From Mobula birostris (Eukaryota), in the NCBI RefSeq assembly GCF_030028105.1, contig NC_092371.1, positions 233,800,031 through 233,864,030 of the forward strand: a DNA stretch of 64,000 bases, written 5' to 3'. A program made the position numbers and the translations under genes. Positions 50,026 through 62,690 of the stretch are shown piece after piece. The notes under the pieces were generated by a model. It had not been told where the DNA came from and searched no databases. It worked only from the letters and a program-made list of their open reading frames with translations. Positions within the stretch are counted from its first letter, which is position 1, and each line of letters opens with the position of its first letter.

Positions 50026-52119
50026 TTCCTCCAAACTCTGTAATCTTCCCTCCTCCTCTCCTTTTCTTTCCCCTTAATCCAGTAATTATTCCTCCTTTGG
50101 TTAATTTATCTAGTTTTCCTTTTAATGATTACCATGGAATCTTGTTTCTTTGTTGTTTCATGCAGTGAATTTGTAAGCAGAGTAGCTTGTGTGTATTTTT
50201 CTTAGATCTTGTTTACTTTGTCTTACTATGATAATAATGTTAAGTTTAGTCTTCTGACACTGAATGTACTAATAGTGGAATTTAATGTAATTGTGAACAC
50301 TAATTGTTCTTTATCTTTTCCACTTTCAGTCCAAAAACTGGTAGACCTAACCATGTTTTAAATCTGATCATGTGTAACAAGGCCAAATTAATTAATAATC
50401 TCTTAGCAAAGGATGCTCTGGGGAAGAGTGATCAAAATGTAATAGGATTTCAAAATAAAATGTGAGAATCTACAGTGCACCCATTCAGATTACAATTTGT
50501 TTTGAAAAGTTACCCATTATAAAATGGTTTCCTGAGTAATAAATCTATAGCATCATCATAGAAACAGAACTAGTACCAGGAATGTGCTGTTTAGTGGATT
50601 ACCTTAGTGTGGAGATGAGTGATATCTTGCAATAATCTTACACTATTATATCTGAAATTAAAATACAAATTATTGTTGCAAACATCTTTCAGTAGACATC
50701 ATCATTCCATATGTTGTTCTTACCTCACAAATCATCTCTGGAGAAATTTACTTGTACTCATTCTAGTCTGTTAATGTTTCATTTTTAAAAAATAGCCATG
50801 AGTTAAAATTCCCTCTGTAACCTCAAACTCTTGATCTCTGTGCTTTTTATTATCCTTGTAACCCCAGAACTTCCCTGGGTTCCTCCAAGTCCAGTCCAGC
50901 GTAATGTTTAGCGATTGTACAGTCCTGTGCGAAAGTCTTGGACACTGTAGCTATATAGGGCTGTGGGACAGGTGGCAGAGAAGGAGTGCCGGGGGCGGGG
51001 GGGTGGTGCGGGTGTTGGCAGTGCATGGTACAGGCACACTGAGACAACAAGCAAGGTCATTTGATTCCAAACAATTGGTTTACTGATCATTACATGGTCT
51101 CTATGATGCTTCCTACTCCCTCCTCCTTTTCCCTTTTCCCAACCTTGATTCCCCTCTCCTTGTCCCCTTCCCATTCTCAATCCATAATATGGACCCATAT
51201 CAGAATCAGGTTTATCATCACTCATATATTTCATGAAATTTGATTTTTTTTCAGTACAATTCAATACATAAAGTTACTGTAGTACTTGCACAAAGTCTTT
51301 GGAGGCACACTAGCCATATATACTGTACTTTTTGCACAGTATCATATATGTAATAAAGACCCAGATTATTGCTGTAAACAGCTTTCAGTATAGTTAATTA
51401 CTGCCCGGTTGAGCTATGCTTGCTTAATATTCTATGATGAAAAGAAACAAAAAGGAGCAAAAGCTAATTGCAAACTTAACTGAGATATGATTTCCATGAG
51501 ACTTTCTTTGCCATGGATCACTGCGACACCACTCTTAAAGGGGAAGGAGGCATTGATAATGATATTTACCAATTGGCAAAGTGATTATAAGCAAATTAAA
51601 GTTTTATTGGGATTATAGAGTGAAAGCATGTAAAAGTAAATTAAAATGAACTGTGAAATTGTTATATTTTCTAATAAGTTTAAATGGAAAGTATTTAATT
51701 GACTGAGACTGAGGGATACATCAATGTTTAGTATATCTCCTTCGAGACTCTTAGCCATACAGAATAGAAGCAGGCTTTTGGTAAAATATATATTGTATTT
51801 GTCAGTTCGATTGTCAAACACTTATCTACACTAATCCCTTTCCTTTATTCTCCTCATCTTCCCATTTCTTCCCCTTTGCCTTCCGATTTCCGAATGGACA
51901 TTGAACATTGAACCTATTAGCACTACCTCACTACTTATTTTAAGTACTGATGAAGGGTCTTGGCCCAAAATGTCCATAGATGCCGCCTGGCCTGCCGAGC
52001 TCTCCCAGCATTTTGTGTGTGTTGCTTTGATTTCCAGTATTGGCAGATTTCCTCTTACCTATTTTTTTAATTTCTATTTTTGCATCACTTACTTAATTTA
52101 AATATTTCATATATATGTT

Positions 52120-52318
52120 GTTGTTGGTGAGTGCTGTCGACTCATGGCGATCCTATGGATAGTGTAGACATCCGAAGGGTTTTAATGGCAAGATACTGAA
52201 GTAGATTGCCAGGCTTTCTTCTGCAAAGATGTTGCTGCTGCCCAGGTTGGGACCCGGCCAGATGGAACCATGTGCAGCCAAGTCCAGTGCTGATGTGACT
52301 ACACAACCGGCTGGCCCG
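52120..52318 (-). mobile_element. tRNA-derived SINE with RTE-type (ACA)n tail
   Basis: Minus strand starts gggccagccggttgtgtagt and ends atcgccatgagtcgacagcactcaccaacaacaaca. Confidence 0.55.
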
Positions 52319-52335
52319 TAAATATATTCATACAC

Positions 52336-52548
52336 TTACTGTAATTCACACATCAAAGTTGCTGGTGAATGCAGCAGGCCAGGCAGCATCTCTAGGAAGA
52401 GGTACAGTCGACGTTTCAGGCCGAGACCCTTCGTCAGGAACCTCTTCCTAGAGATGCTGCCTGGCCTGCTGCATTCACCAGCAACTTTGATGTGTGTTGT
52501 TTGAATTTCCAGCATCTGCAGAATTCCTCGTGTTTACTGTAATTCACA
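52336..52548 (-). mobile_element. Palindromic Penelope-type insertion with hammerhead core in the hairpin loop
   Basis: Perfect inverted arms ~52347-52403 and ~52440-52496; 15-bp TSD ttactgtaattcaca (52336-52350 and 52534-52548); minus-strand CTGACGA...GAAAcgTC at 52437-52410. Confidence 0.8.
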
Positions 52549-52923
52549 GTTTGTTTCCTCTCTATTATTATGTTTTGCATTGTACCGCTACCAAAAAGAC
52601 AACAAATATCTGACATATGCAGGGTGATATTAAACCAGATTCTGATTCTGACTCCCTTGAATCACTCTTTCATGTATGCAGTCAGACCATTTCCAAATTG
52701 CACATCATCAGGGTGAAGGAGAAAACTCATGGGCTCACGAGGAAAACATGGACTACTCTACCTGGACAGCAATGGATATTGTGATTGAACCCAGTTTGTT
52801 GGAACTATGAAGAAACATCACAACTAGCTGCACCATTGTAACCACGTCCACTTCTATAAATCCTTCCTCTGGTATTATTGTTCCTGCTTATAGAATTAAG
52901 CACCCACAGTCACTGAGGAAAAT

Positions 52924-53146
52924 ACACATAAAATGCTGGGGGAACTCAGCAGGTCAGGTAGCATCTACAGAAAAGAGTAAACAGTTGGCGTCTTGGGCCA
53001 AGACTCTTCTTCAGGACAGCTGGTTCTCAACTGGGTCCTCATGAAGGGTCTTGGCCCAAAATGTTGACTGCTTGCTATGTCCATAGATGCTGCCTGGCCT
53101 GCTGAGTTCCTCCAGCATTTTGTGCGTGTTGCTTTAGATTTCCAGG
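52924..53146. mobile_element. Older palindromic Penelope-type insertion with two decayed hammerhead motifs
   Basis: aaaatgctgggggaactcagcagg...cctgctgagttcctccagcatttt inverted arms; similar structures at ~11270-11560 and ~62040-62250. Confidence 0.7.
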
Positions 53147-53941
53147 TGGGTAGGTTTTTTCATGTTCATATATTTGTGATGTGTATTACCATGAATATCT
53201 GTAAAAGGATTTATTTAACATTTGATCTTTTACCTTTGTACCAAAGAACACATTCACAGCGATATAATATTTCCTGTCTTTATTAGGTAAGTTCCCAGTG
53301 AAAAGCATGGGTAATTCCATGAAATCTTTCAGGGATGAGATTGCATTAAGTCTCCTTTGAAGAGATCATTTCAAGTAGTGGTTTCAGATTGTACAACTGA
53401 TCGGTACCTGTGGGAGCCGTGCATCTGTTCCCTATCTGCATTGTACTCTGTGTTGTGTGTTCATTATGTTTATTATGGTAACTAGTCACAAGAGTGGAGG
53501 GTGTGCTAAAAGCGAAGGGAATAAGTTACAAACTCTTGCTTATTTTGTGGCAGTTTGTAGCTTGGGACCGGCGGATGACATATCTTTTGCTGACAGCTCA
53601 GTTATGCTTAGCTCACACCAGGGTACGCTTAAATTTCGTCGCTTCAAGTTTGTATATTTGCTAATTGCTCAAAAAGGATCAAATGAAGGATTCAAATTTG
53701 GAGCAATTATTGAAGCTGAGGGTGCATCACGCAAGTAAACAAGTCTGTGGGGCTTTGTCTTTCGTTTTGTTTTGCTGCTACAGTATCCACGTGGATAGAG
53801 CGGTTGTAGGATATGAGCAGCCCTCAAACAAAAGTCATAGCTTTGATTCTGTCAGAATAAAGTATCATTGGATAAATTCAGATTTCATAATGATATTGCA
53901 ATCAGAATCGGATTTATTATCAGGAAAGTGTCATGAGTTCT

Positions 53942-54570
53942 GCGGGAGGAGAAGATGGTGGCACGCCTGCCTGTGCGCAGCCCTCCGGTGAAAAATGATA
54001 TCGTATCTGTTAAATAGGGGCCACAGACAATTCTGATTTGATGGAGAATAGATGTGAAAGCACAGAGGAACATCTGGAGAAATTTCTGAAACGCCCGTTC
54101 GCTGCTGTCGTTACTGTGTGGTCGTGAATCTTTCAGAGGTTAGGCCTCAAAATCCCCAGCCTTGCCTGCTTTTGGCGGCCGAGAAGGAGGTCGAATCGCT
54201 TGGACAGAGATGGCGCTCAGTGCTCGGTGTCAGAGAGCTGATCAGAGATCGAAGTTTTCGGATGACTCAGAGTTGGATTGTGGTCGGCATGGCAGGGAGA
54301 ATTTTTCTTCCTTCTCCCGTCTGCGTGAGATGTGGGACAGTTGAGAGACTTTGAACTTTACTGTGCTCATGGACTTCTTCATCAAGTTATGGTATTGTGC
54401 ACTGTTGTAACTATATGTTATAATTATGTGGTTTTGTCAGTTTTTTCAGTCTTGGTCAGTCCTGTGTTTTGTGATATCACACCAGAGGAAATAATGTATC
54501 ATTTCTTAATGCCTGTATTACTAAATGACAATAAAAGAGGACTACGTGTCTTCATAATCCTAATCCTAAT
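53942..54570 (+). mobile_element. Non-autonomous LINE-dependent element with CpG-rich head and (taatcc)n tail
   Basis: aagatggtggc start, CpG-rich 5' part, aaatgacaataaaag...taatcctaatcctaat end; inserted within another repeat tail. Confidence 0.55.
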
Positions 54571-54922
54571 ATTTGCTGTTTTGCAGTAACAGTACAGCAG
54601 AATACATGAAATATACGATAAATTGCAATAAGAAATGTATATAAAATGTAGTGCAAAAAGAGGGCTATATAATGAGCTAATGCTCATAGGTTTATAATCT
54701 GTTGTGACCACTGTGAGGAAGAAGTAGCTGCAAAAACAGTGTCCTATACCTCATCTCTGAATGCAGTAATGAGAAAGTGGTGGATGCCTTTTGAAGTTCC
54801 TCTCAGTGGATGGAACAGGTATATTGCTAAGGTGTTATGTCTGAACTGTGGAGAGTATAAGTGTTCAGGTTGAACTATATTTCAAAGTTAAATCTTTAAT
54901 TAAATTTCTTTTTAATTCACAG

Positions 54923-55039
54923 TCTGCAAAAGCCGTGGAACTTCTGAAGTGTGACCTGGCCGAATTCAGACAGGTCATCCAAAATGATACTGTGTCTACT
55001 ATTGCGGCCACAGCTTTAGCATTCAAAGAAAAGCTAAAT
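54923..55039 (+). CDS. BSDC1-like exon 3
   Basis: SAKAVELLKCDLAEFRQVIQNDTVSTIAATALAFKEKLN versus BSDC1 SSEALEFMKRDLTEFTQVVQHDTACTIAATASVVKEKLA; 117 nt, cacag and gtgag sites. Confidence 0.92.
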
Positions 55040-55104
55040 GTGAGTTTATAGCCAACATGCAAACCCACTGAATATTATTTGTTACAAAATGCACAACACT
55101 GTTT

Positions 55105-55652
55105 GAAGTGGCCACTTAATTAGGTACTCCTGCTCATTAATGCAAGTATCTAATTAGCCAATCATGTGGCAGCCACTCAATGCATAAAAGCATGCAGCCA
55201 TGGTCATGAGGTTCAGTTGTTTATCAGACCAAACATCAGAATGGGGAAGAAATGTGATCTAAGTGACCTAGGCTGTGGAATGATTGTTGGTGTCAGAAGA
55301 GTTGATCTGAGTATCTCAGAAAATGGTGATCTGGAATTTACATATACTGTAAAGTTTACAGTGGAAAAACAAACAAAAAAAAACATCCAGTGAGCAGCAG
55401 TTCCATGGACAAAAATGCCTTGCTATTGAGAGAAGTCAGAGGAGAACGGCCAGAATGGTTCAAACTGACTGGAAGGTGACAGTATGTTAAATAACTCTAC
55501 ATTACAACAGTGGTGTGCAGAAGAGCATCTCTGAATGCACAACATGTTGAAATTTGAAATGAATGGTCTACAGCAACAGAAGACCATGAATATAAATACA
55601 GTGGCTACTATTAGGTACAGGAGGTATCTAATAAAGTGGCCATTGAGTTTAT
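55105..55652 (+). mobile_element. Non-autonomous Tc1-like transposon
   Basis: Inverted ends agtggccacttaattaggtac / ctaataaagtggccattgag; transposase remnant MGKKCDLSDLGCGMIVGVRR (ORF 55166..55393). Confidence 0.82.
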
Positions 55653-56888
55653 AAACAAACGTAGAGGTTTCATTCACACATATTTATTGAGATATAGCAC
55701 AGAATAGGCCCTTCAAGCCCTTTGAGCCACGCCACCCAGAAATCTTCTGATTTAAGCCTAATCACAGGACAATTTACAATGACCATTTAACCTACTATCC
55801 ATTATGTCTTTCGATCATGGGAGGAAATGGGGATTTGATCAGAGAGTCTCTCTTTTCTTGGTTTTTCTCTCAGGATAGACTGCCCAGTCCTTTCTTTCCC
55901 CCTTCTGTTTAGAATAGTGTTTTTTTTTAATATAAAAATTGCTAATAGTCCTTCCTTTCTTCATAAATTGATAAGAGGAGAATGAATTAAATTCTTTTTT
56001 TTCTGTATTATACATTCTATATCAAATTTATACTTTGTAGACCAACATTATGTGTGATTATTTTACTTTTTGTATGTACTGTTATTGACATCTATACCAG
56101 AGATATTCTCCTCCTGTTTGATAAACACTTTTTTTTAAATCAATAAAAAGATTGAAAAAATAAAGAAAGGAAACGGGAGGACCCAGAGGAAACCCATGCA
56201 GTCATAGGGAGATTGTACAAACTCCTTACAGGCAATGGTGGGAATTGAAACCAGGTCATCTGTACTATAAAGTATTGTGCTAACCACTACGCTACCATGC
56301 TGCCTGAAACCCAAAATAAAATGCAGTTAGATTTTTCGAGTATTTTGTGTCCCACAACAATGTAATAGCAACATTATGAATCTGAGTTTTGAAGTATACT
56401 GTGACATCAAATATGAAATCAGTAGGAATCCAATAACTTTCTGTTATTTGGATAATTGATTTTTCAACCACATGACATTAAGTTGCAGTCAGTTTTGTTC
56501 TTGTGTGTAAGTTGGACCAGACTCATTTGTCACCAAAGTAATGCTAATTGTAGACCAAGGTTTCTTAAGCTTTTTAATGCCATGGACCCCTTTGGCAGTC
56601 CAGTGAAGCCTATGAACCTTTTCTATTGTATCAACTGTAAAGTGATATGAAAATACCTGTGATTTTATTGGTGACAATGTCACAGGTTTTGATAATACTA
56701 CTGTAGTTTGCTGCCTATATTCATAAATGAGGAAATGCTAAATTTCAGTTAAAGGTTAGTGACAATAAAGATGTAAATTTTCCCCATCTAACTTCACAGA
56801 CCCCCGAGGGTTCTGTGGACTCCCTGGTTAAGAACCCCTGCTGTAGAACAACAGTAGGAATTATGTTGGTACTTCCCCTCTCTTCTAG

Positions 56889-57056
56889 GTTGAGGAGTCC
56901 TCAGAAGGATGCCATAGGGTCAGCAAAGGGATTTCAAGTTTTCTTGGAGCCATCTCAGAAGCATTTGCTCCTGTGGTAGAAGAAACACACACACCTCATG
57001 TGAGCACAGTCAAGGGCACTCGGTTGAAAATTGCCGACTCTTATGATGGCATTAAG
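56889..57056 (+). CDS. BSDC1-like exon 4
   Basis: VEESSEGCHRVSKGISSFLGAISEAFAP...DSYDGIK versus BSDC1 KKGLSDFLGVISDTFAP...EPYDGTK; 168 nt, phase 0-0. Confidence 0.9.
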
Positions 57057-57143
57057 GTACGCATACTACTAGTAATTATAGAATGGAAGAGCAGGAATTA
57101 AATAAAAGGTAACCATTTCATAATGAATATTTGTATTCCATAG

Positions 57144-57198
57144 ATTCGTTTGTGTAATCTTCAGGCTGATCCAGCAACATACTGTGCTAAACCAGATG
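57144..57198 (+). CDS. BSDC1-like exon 5
   Basis: IRLCNLQADPATYCAKPD versus BSDC1 ARLYSLQSDPATYCNEPD; 55 nt, gtaag donor; follows an 87-nt intron. Confidence 0.92.
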
Positions 57199-57997
57199 GT
57201 AAGATACATCTAATCTAAAGTTCAAAGTAAATCTATTATCAAGGTATGTATATGTCACCATATACTATATAGATTTTTCGTGCAGTTATTCACAGTATAA
57301 AAAAGACATACAACAGATTCAATGAAAATGACACAGGCAAAGACAGACAAACAATCAATGTGTAAAAGAAGACAAACTGTGCAAATATAAAATTAAATTA
57401 ATAGGTAAATAAATACTACTGAGAACATGACTTGCAGAGTTCTTGAAAGCGAATCCCTGGGTTATGGAACATTATTTAAAACTGAAATGATTAAAACTTA
57501 AATATCCAATCTATAATAGTGCTGTAACTAAAATAATCCTTCCAAAAGTTTCAGCTCCCATATTCTAGCTTTTGTTACCTGATTGTTTTCTGTGCTGTTC
57601 ATCACAAATACTCAAATGGAGAAAAGCAGTGGCCTGCTTCGTTCTGTTTTCCTCCATCTAAATCATCATCGTTGTGTGCCATGTCGTTTGACATAGGTGG
57701 TCATGCTCTCATGGCCGCGATTGTTCTTGGCAAATTTTTCTACAGAAGTGGTTTCCCCATTGCTTTCTTCTGGGCAGTGTCTTTACAAGACAAGTGATCC
57801 CAACCATGATCAATACTCTTCCGAGATTCTGTGCCTGATGTCAGTAGACTTGTGATGTGCACCAGCTGCTCATACGACCATCCACCACCTGCTTACATGC
57901 CTTCACGTGGCTCTGATTGGAGGGGCTAAGCAGGTGCTACACCTTGCCCAAGGGTGACCTGCGGGCAAGCAGAGGGAAGGAGTAATGTACACTTCCT

Positions 57998-58545
57998 TTG
58001 ATGGTTAGGCCACACTTGGAGTGCTGTGTCCAGTTCTGGTCACCTCACTATAGGAAGGATGTGGAAGCATTGGAAAAGGTACAGAGGAGATTTACCAGGA
58101 TGCTGCCTGGTTTAGAAAGTATGCATTATGATCAGAGATTAAGGGAGCTAGGGCTTTACTCTTTGGAGAGAAGGAGGATGAGAGGAGACATGATAGAGGT
58201 GTACAAGATAATAAGAGGAATAGATAGAGTGGATAGCCAGCGCCTCTTCCCCAGGGCACCACTGCTCAATACAAGAGGACATGGCTTTAAGGTAAGGGAT
58301 GGGAAGTTCAAGGGGGATATTAGAGGAAGGTTTTTTACTCAGAGAGTGGTTGGTGCGTGGAATGCACTGCCTGAGTCAGTGGTGGAGGCGGATACACTAG
58401 TGAAGTTTAAGAGACTACTAGACAGGTACATGGAGGAATCTAAGGTGGGGGCTTATATGGGAGGCAGTGTTTGAGGGTCGGCACAACATTGTGGGCCGAA
58501 GGACCTGTACTGTGCTGTACTATTCTATGTTCTATGTTCTATGAG
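57998..58545 (+). mobile_element. CR1 LINE 3' fragment, young
   Basis: ORF 57998..58474 is open to the natural ORF2 end; (ttctatg)3 tail. Confidence 0.92.
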
Positions 58546-58662
58546 ATGTGTCTCCAACCTGCTGCCTGACTATTCAATGTAAAATCTAATTTTTGCATTC
58601 CTATTTATTCCTGATTTGTTTTGATTTTAATTTGAAAAAGCAATGTATACAATAGTATAGAC

Positions 58663-58852
58663 CAGGGGTCGGCAACCTTTTTGCCTCTGTGGGACAGATC
58701 ACGTATTAATGAGCGTATGGTGGGCCAGATAAATGCCATAAAAACTTGAAATATGGGAATTACCCATTTAAATACATCTAGTTATGTTTTGCCTCAAATT
58801 AATGAATAACTCATGCTCAAAAATCATTTGTGCTTCAGGTTGCCGACCCCTG
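58663..58852. mobile_element. hAT MITE, 190 bp
   Basis: Perfect 16-bp terminal inverted repeat CAGGGGTCGGCAACCT; 8-bp TSD gtatagac/gtatagat. Confidence 0.88.
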
Positions 58853-59304
58853 GTATAGATAATATTAATTTTGACGTTGTGGAAACCTAGAATTTCTGTA
58901 GTTGTGAAGCAGCTTTTATAAAGACATCAGAAATCACCATGAATATTAATGAGTTGTGCGAATACCTAATCAGGAATACAAAATAACCTATTGCATGTAA
59001 TCTAAAAATTGTGTAGTCACTTTTAGGCTATTAATATAACCATTGCTTTCATCTCATCAATAATAAGGTAACAAAGGAAAAAAGAGCTTCCATTAATATA
59101 TACATGCAGATGACTCCTGTAATGAAACATTACGTACGAGGGTGAATATAACTGGCAATATCCAGTGTTGATCACTCTTATTAGAATTGATCAGCCGCAC
59201 AAAGAAGAGATAATTTAGTTATAATGAAGAAAAGATTACCATGCCTCATAATTTGGTTTATTATGGTAATTAGACTGCAGACTGCAAAGAAGTAGTGATG
59301 GACA

Positions 59305-60525
59305 AGATTCAAAGTAAATATATTATCAAAGTACATATATGTCACCACTTACAGCCCTGAGAATCATTTTCTTGCGGGCATACTCAATAAATCCAATAAC
59401 CGTGTTAGGATCAATGAAAGCGCACTAACAGGGCACACAACCAATGTGCAAAAGACAAGAAACTCTGCAAATGCAAAATAAAATAGAAAAACAAAATAAA
59501 TAATTAAAATAATAATATGTTTGAGCTGTGAAAAAACAAAAATACAATAACAATAATAATAACAAAAGTAATAAATATCAAGTACATGAAATGAAGAGTT
59601 TTTGAAAATGAGTCCATAGGTTGTGGGAATAGTTCAGCGATGAGGTAGTGAAGTTGAGTGAAGTTATTCCCTCTACTTCAAGAGCTTGATAGTTGAGTGG
59701 TAATAATTGTTTCTGAACCTGATGGTGTGAGTCCTGAGGCTCCTGTATCTTCTTCCTGATGTCAACAGTGAGAGGAGAGTATAATCCGGGTAATGGGGGT
59801 CCCTGATGATGGATGCTGCTTTCCTACAACAACACTCCATGTAAATGTGCTCAGTGGTAGCTTTCACTGTGATGGACTTCTTGTAGGATTTTTCAGTTAA
59901 GGGCATTGATGTTTCCATAGTAGGTTGTGATGCAGCCAGTTGGTACACTGTCCACCACACATCTATGGAAGTTTGTCGAAGTTTTAGATGTCGTGCTGAA
60001 CCTTCACAAATTCCTAAAGAAATAAAGGTGCTGCTGTGTTTTCTTCATAACTTCACTTACATGCTGAGCTCAGACAGATTTTCTGAAATAATAACACCGA
60101 GGAACTTAAAGCTTTGATGAGGGCTTGTACATGGACCTCTGGGTTTTCATCACTTGAAGTCAATAATCAGCTTCTTGGTCTTGCTGACAGTGAGTAGGAG
60201 ATTGCTGTTATGGCCCACTCAGCCAGGTTTTCAATCTCCCTCCTACATGCTGATTCATCACCACTTTTGATTCAGCCTACGAGAGTGGTGTCATCAATGA
60301 ACTTGGATGTGGTATTGGAGTTGTGCTTTGGCACACAATCATAAGTGTAAAGTGAGTAGAGCAGGGGGCTAAAGACACAGTCTTGTGGTACATCTGTGCT
60401 GATGGAGGTTGTGGAGGAGATGTTGTTGCCAATCCCAGCTGAGTGGGGTCTGTAAATGAGGAAATTGAGGATCCAATTGCAGAAAGTGGTATTGAGGTCT
60501 AGGTCTTGATTATTCATTAGTTTTG
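59305..60525 (-). mobile_element. Rex1/Babar-type LINE, degenerate RT and 3' UTR
   Basis: ORF 60272..60589 CNWILNFL...VPQDCVFSPLLYSLYT...KFIDDTTLVG and ORF 59673..59960. Its 3' tail recurs at ~10860, 33378, 44920 and 57220. Confidence 0.82.
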
Positions 60526-61599
60526 AGGAGACAAGAATTCTATTATAATGATATATGTACTGAGATTTTTTAAACAGCTTGGAGTACAAAAGGAGAGATA
60601 TATACTTAAGTAATTGTAGTTAGAATTTCTAGTTCAGGTTTATTGTCATCTGACTGTACATATACACAACCAAATGAAATAACATTCCTCTGGACTATGG
60701 TGCACTCACAAAGCATATATCACACTCAGCACATAAAACAAGTTCAATAAGTTAATAAAATATAAATATAAATTATGTATTATTATCATGAAATAAGTTA
60801 ATAAAATATAAATCAAAATGCATGTAGTGCGCAGCACAGGTAAACGGTAAGCATATTCTATATTTAATTTGAATTACTATGATAATTTGATGGTGGGAAG
60901 GCACGAGTAAGAATGTTTAAAAAAAATATTGAGTAGAATGGTCCCACGGATGGAGAATTTCATTTATGTGAATAGACTGGAGAAGATAGGATAGCCCTAC
61001 TTAAAATGGAGAAGGTTAGAAGGATATTATCAATGGTCCAGACAGGAGAAGGATGAGAAACTATTTTTATTGGCTGTGGTGTTAAAAAGCAAAATCCGCA
61101 TTTCTGGGGAAAAGAACAGAAAGTGATGAGGAAACAATAATTTCATGCAATGATCAAAAAAAGGCCACTGACTCAGAATAGAAGAACAATCCTTTAGATC
61201 AGAAATGAGGTGGAATTTCTTTAGCCAGAAGGTGGTAAATCTGTGAAATTCATTGCCACAGACAGCTGTGGAGGCCAGGTCAATGGATAGATTTAAAGCG
61301 AGATTGAAAGATTTTTGATTAGTAAGGGTGTCAAAGGTTATAGGGCGAAGGTAGGAGAATGGGCTTGAGAGGGGAAAATAAATCAGTCGTTCTGCCCCTC
61401 TGTCTTATGGTCTTATGATTATACTGATTTGGAATTTGTTGTGTGAAGGGATGGTGAAGTGAGATTCATTCATTCCTTTCTAAAGGAAATAAAATAGATA
61501 CTTCAGGAATCAATGGGAAACTTTGACACTTTGAGGAAAGAGTTACAAGGTGAGACTAATCAGATTGCTCTGATAGAGAGTTGATACAGGTTGTCACCA

Positions 61600-61794
61600 T
61601 GTGTGCTGGCAATATCAGAGAAGTATGGAAGAAAGACAGACCCCGATGTAGAGACGGCAACTAGAGTTTATTTATAATAATTCCAGAAGAATGTCGGTGG
61701 CCCGCCCAAGCTACAACGCTAGAAGTAACATTCTCAAAACTAAGACCCTGCTGTTAGTGCTAATTGGACATCTGCTTAAATAATACAGCTAACA
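61600..61794 (-). mobile_element. Possible short solo LTR
   Basis: TGT...ACA ends with minus-strand AATAAA ~70 nt from the end; no clean TSD found. Confidence 0.3.
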
Positions 61795-62583
61795 TGGAAT
61801 CCCTGAGCCTACCAAAATTGACAAGCACAAACAGGAATCAGTAGGAAACTGCATTTCAAAGAACAAGTTGCTCGAGATAAACACAATGAACTCCAAACTA
61901 TTGACGACTGTCATTAAACAACAATTAACCAATTCAGGTGCTCTAAGAACCTCAGAGCTCAATGCTCTCCATCGCCCCACACAGGCTCAGAGCTCCATAG
62001 ACAGGTTCTATATGCCTTCCTTCCACTGGAGATACAAAGCACTGCAGATGCTGGAATCTGGAGCAACAAACAATCTGCTGGAAGAACTTAGAGGACTGGG
62101 CTGCATTTGTGGGAGCAAAGGAATTGTTGACATTTTGGGTGAAAACCCTACATGAGTCCTGATGCAGGGTTTTGAACTGAAATGTGATCAATATATTTTC
62201 TCCCACAGATGCGTTTGACTTGCCGAGTTCTTCCAACAGATTGTTTGTGATGTCTTCTTTCAATAACTAGCAATAACATGACTACAGTACAATGCACAGT
62301 ACTTCATTAAACATTCAGTTGATTTACACCCTTTGTGGGTAGCTTGAAATTATAGGCTTCATTTCACTAAATAACCACGATTTAGCCTTTGAAAAGAACA
62401 ATCAAGAAAATTACCCCTGGGATTTGGGCACTTTACTAAGTCACCATGGATTAATAGTGAAAAAAACTTGATTGAAATATTTGATGTAACACTAAGAGTT
62501 TGAGCTTAAAAGATGACCTATTTTCAAGTGTTCTTTGAATTGTCTTACTTTTTTCCTTCAGTGTCATTCTTTTGTGTCCACAG

Positions 62584-62690
62584 AACAATATAATAACTGG
62601 CTGTCAGGCTTCGACTTGGAAAGTGAGAAGTTCACGATATCGAATCTCCTGGTTGACAGGACAGAAATAAGAGATCTTTACACAAAATTG
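62584..62690 (+). CDS. BSDC1-like exon 6 (start of BSD domain; acceptor position uncertain)
   Basis: (E)QYNNWLSGFDLESEKFTISNLLVDRTEIRDLYTKL versus BSDC1 ELFDAWLSQFCLEEKKGEISELLVGSPSIRALYTKM. The nearest phase-compatible AG is at 62582-62583. Confidence 0.85.

Noticed and set aside
230-62250. Recurring gatgctgcctggcctgctgagttcctccagc motif as a CRISPR-like or regulatory array
   Set aside because: Copies are dispersed, variably truncated and in both orientations, and one follows a Penelope GIY-YIG ORF; this is an interspersed retroelement terminus in eukaryotic DNA.
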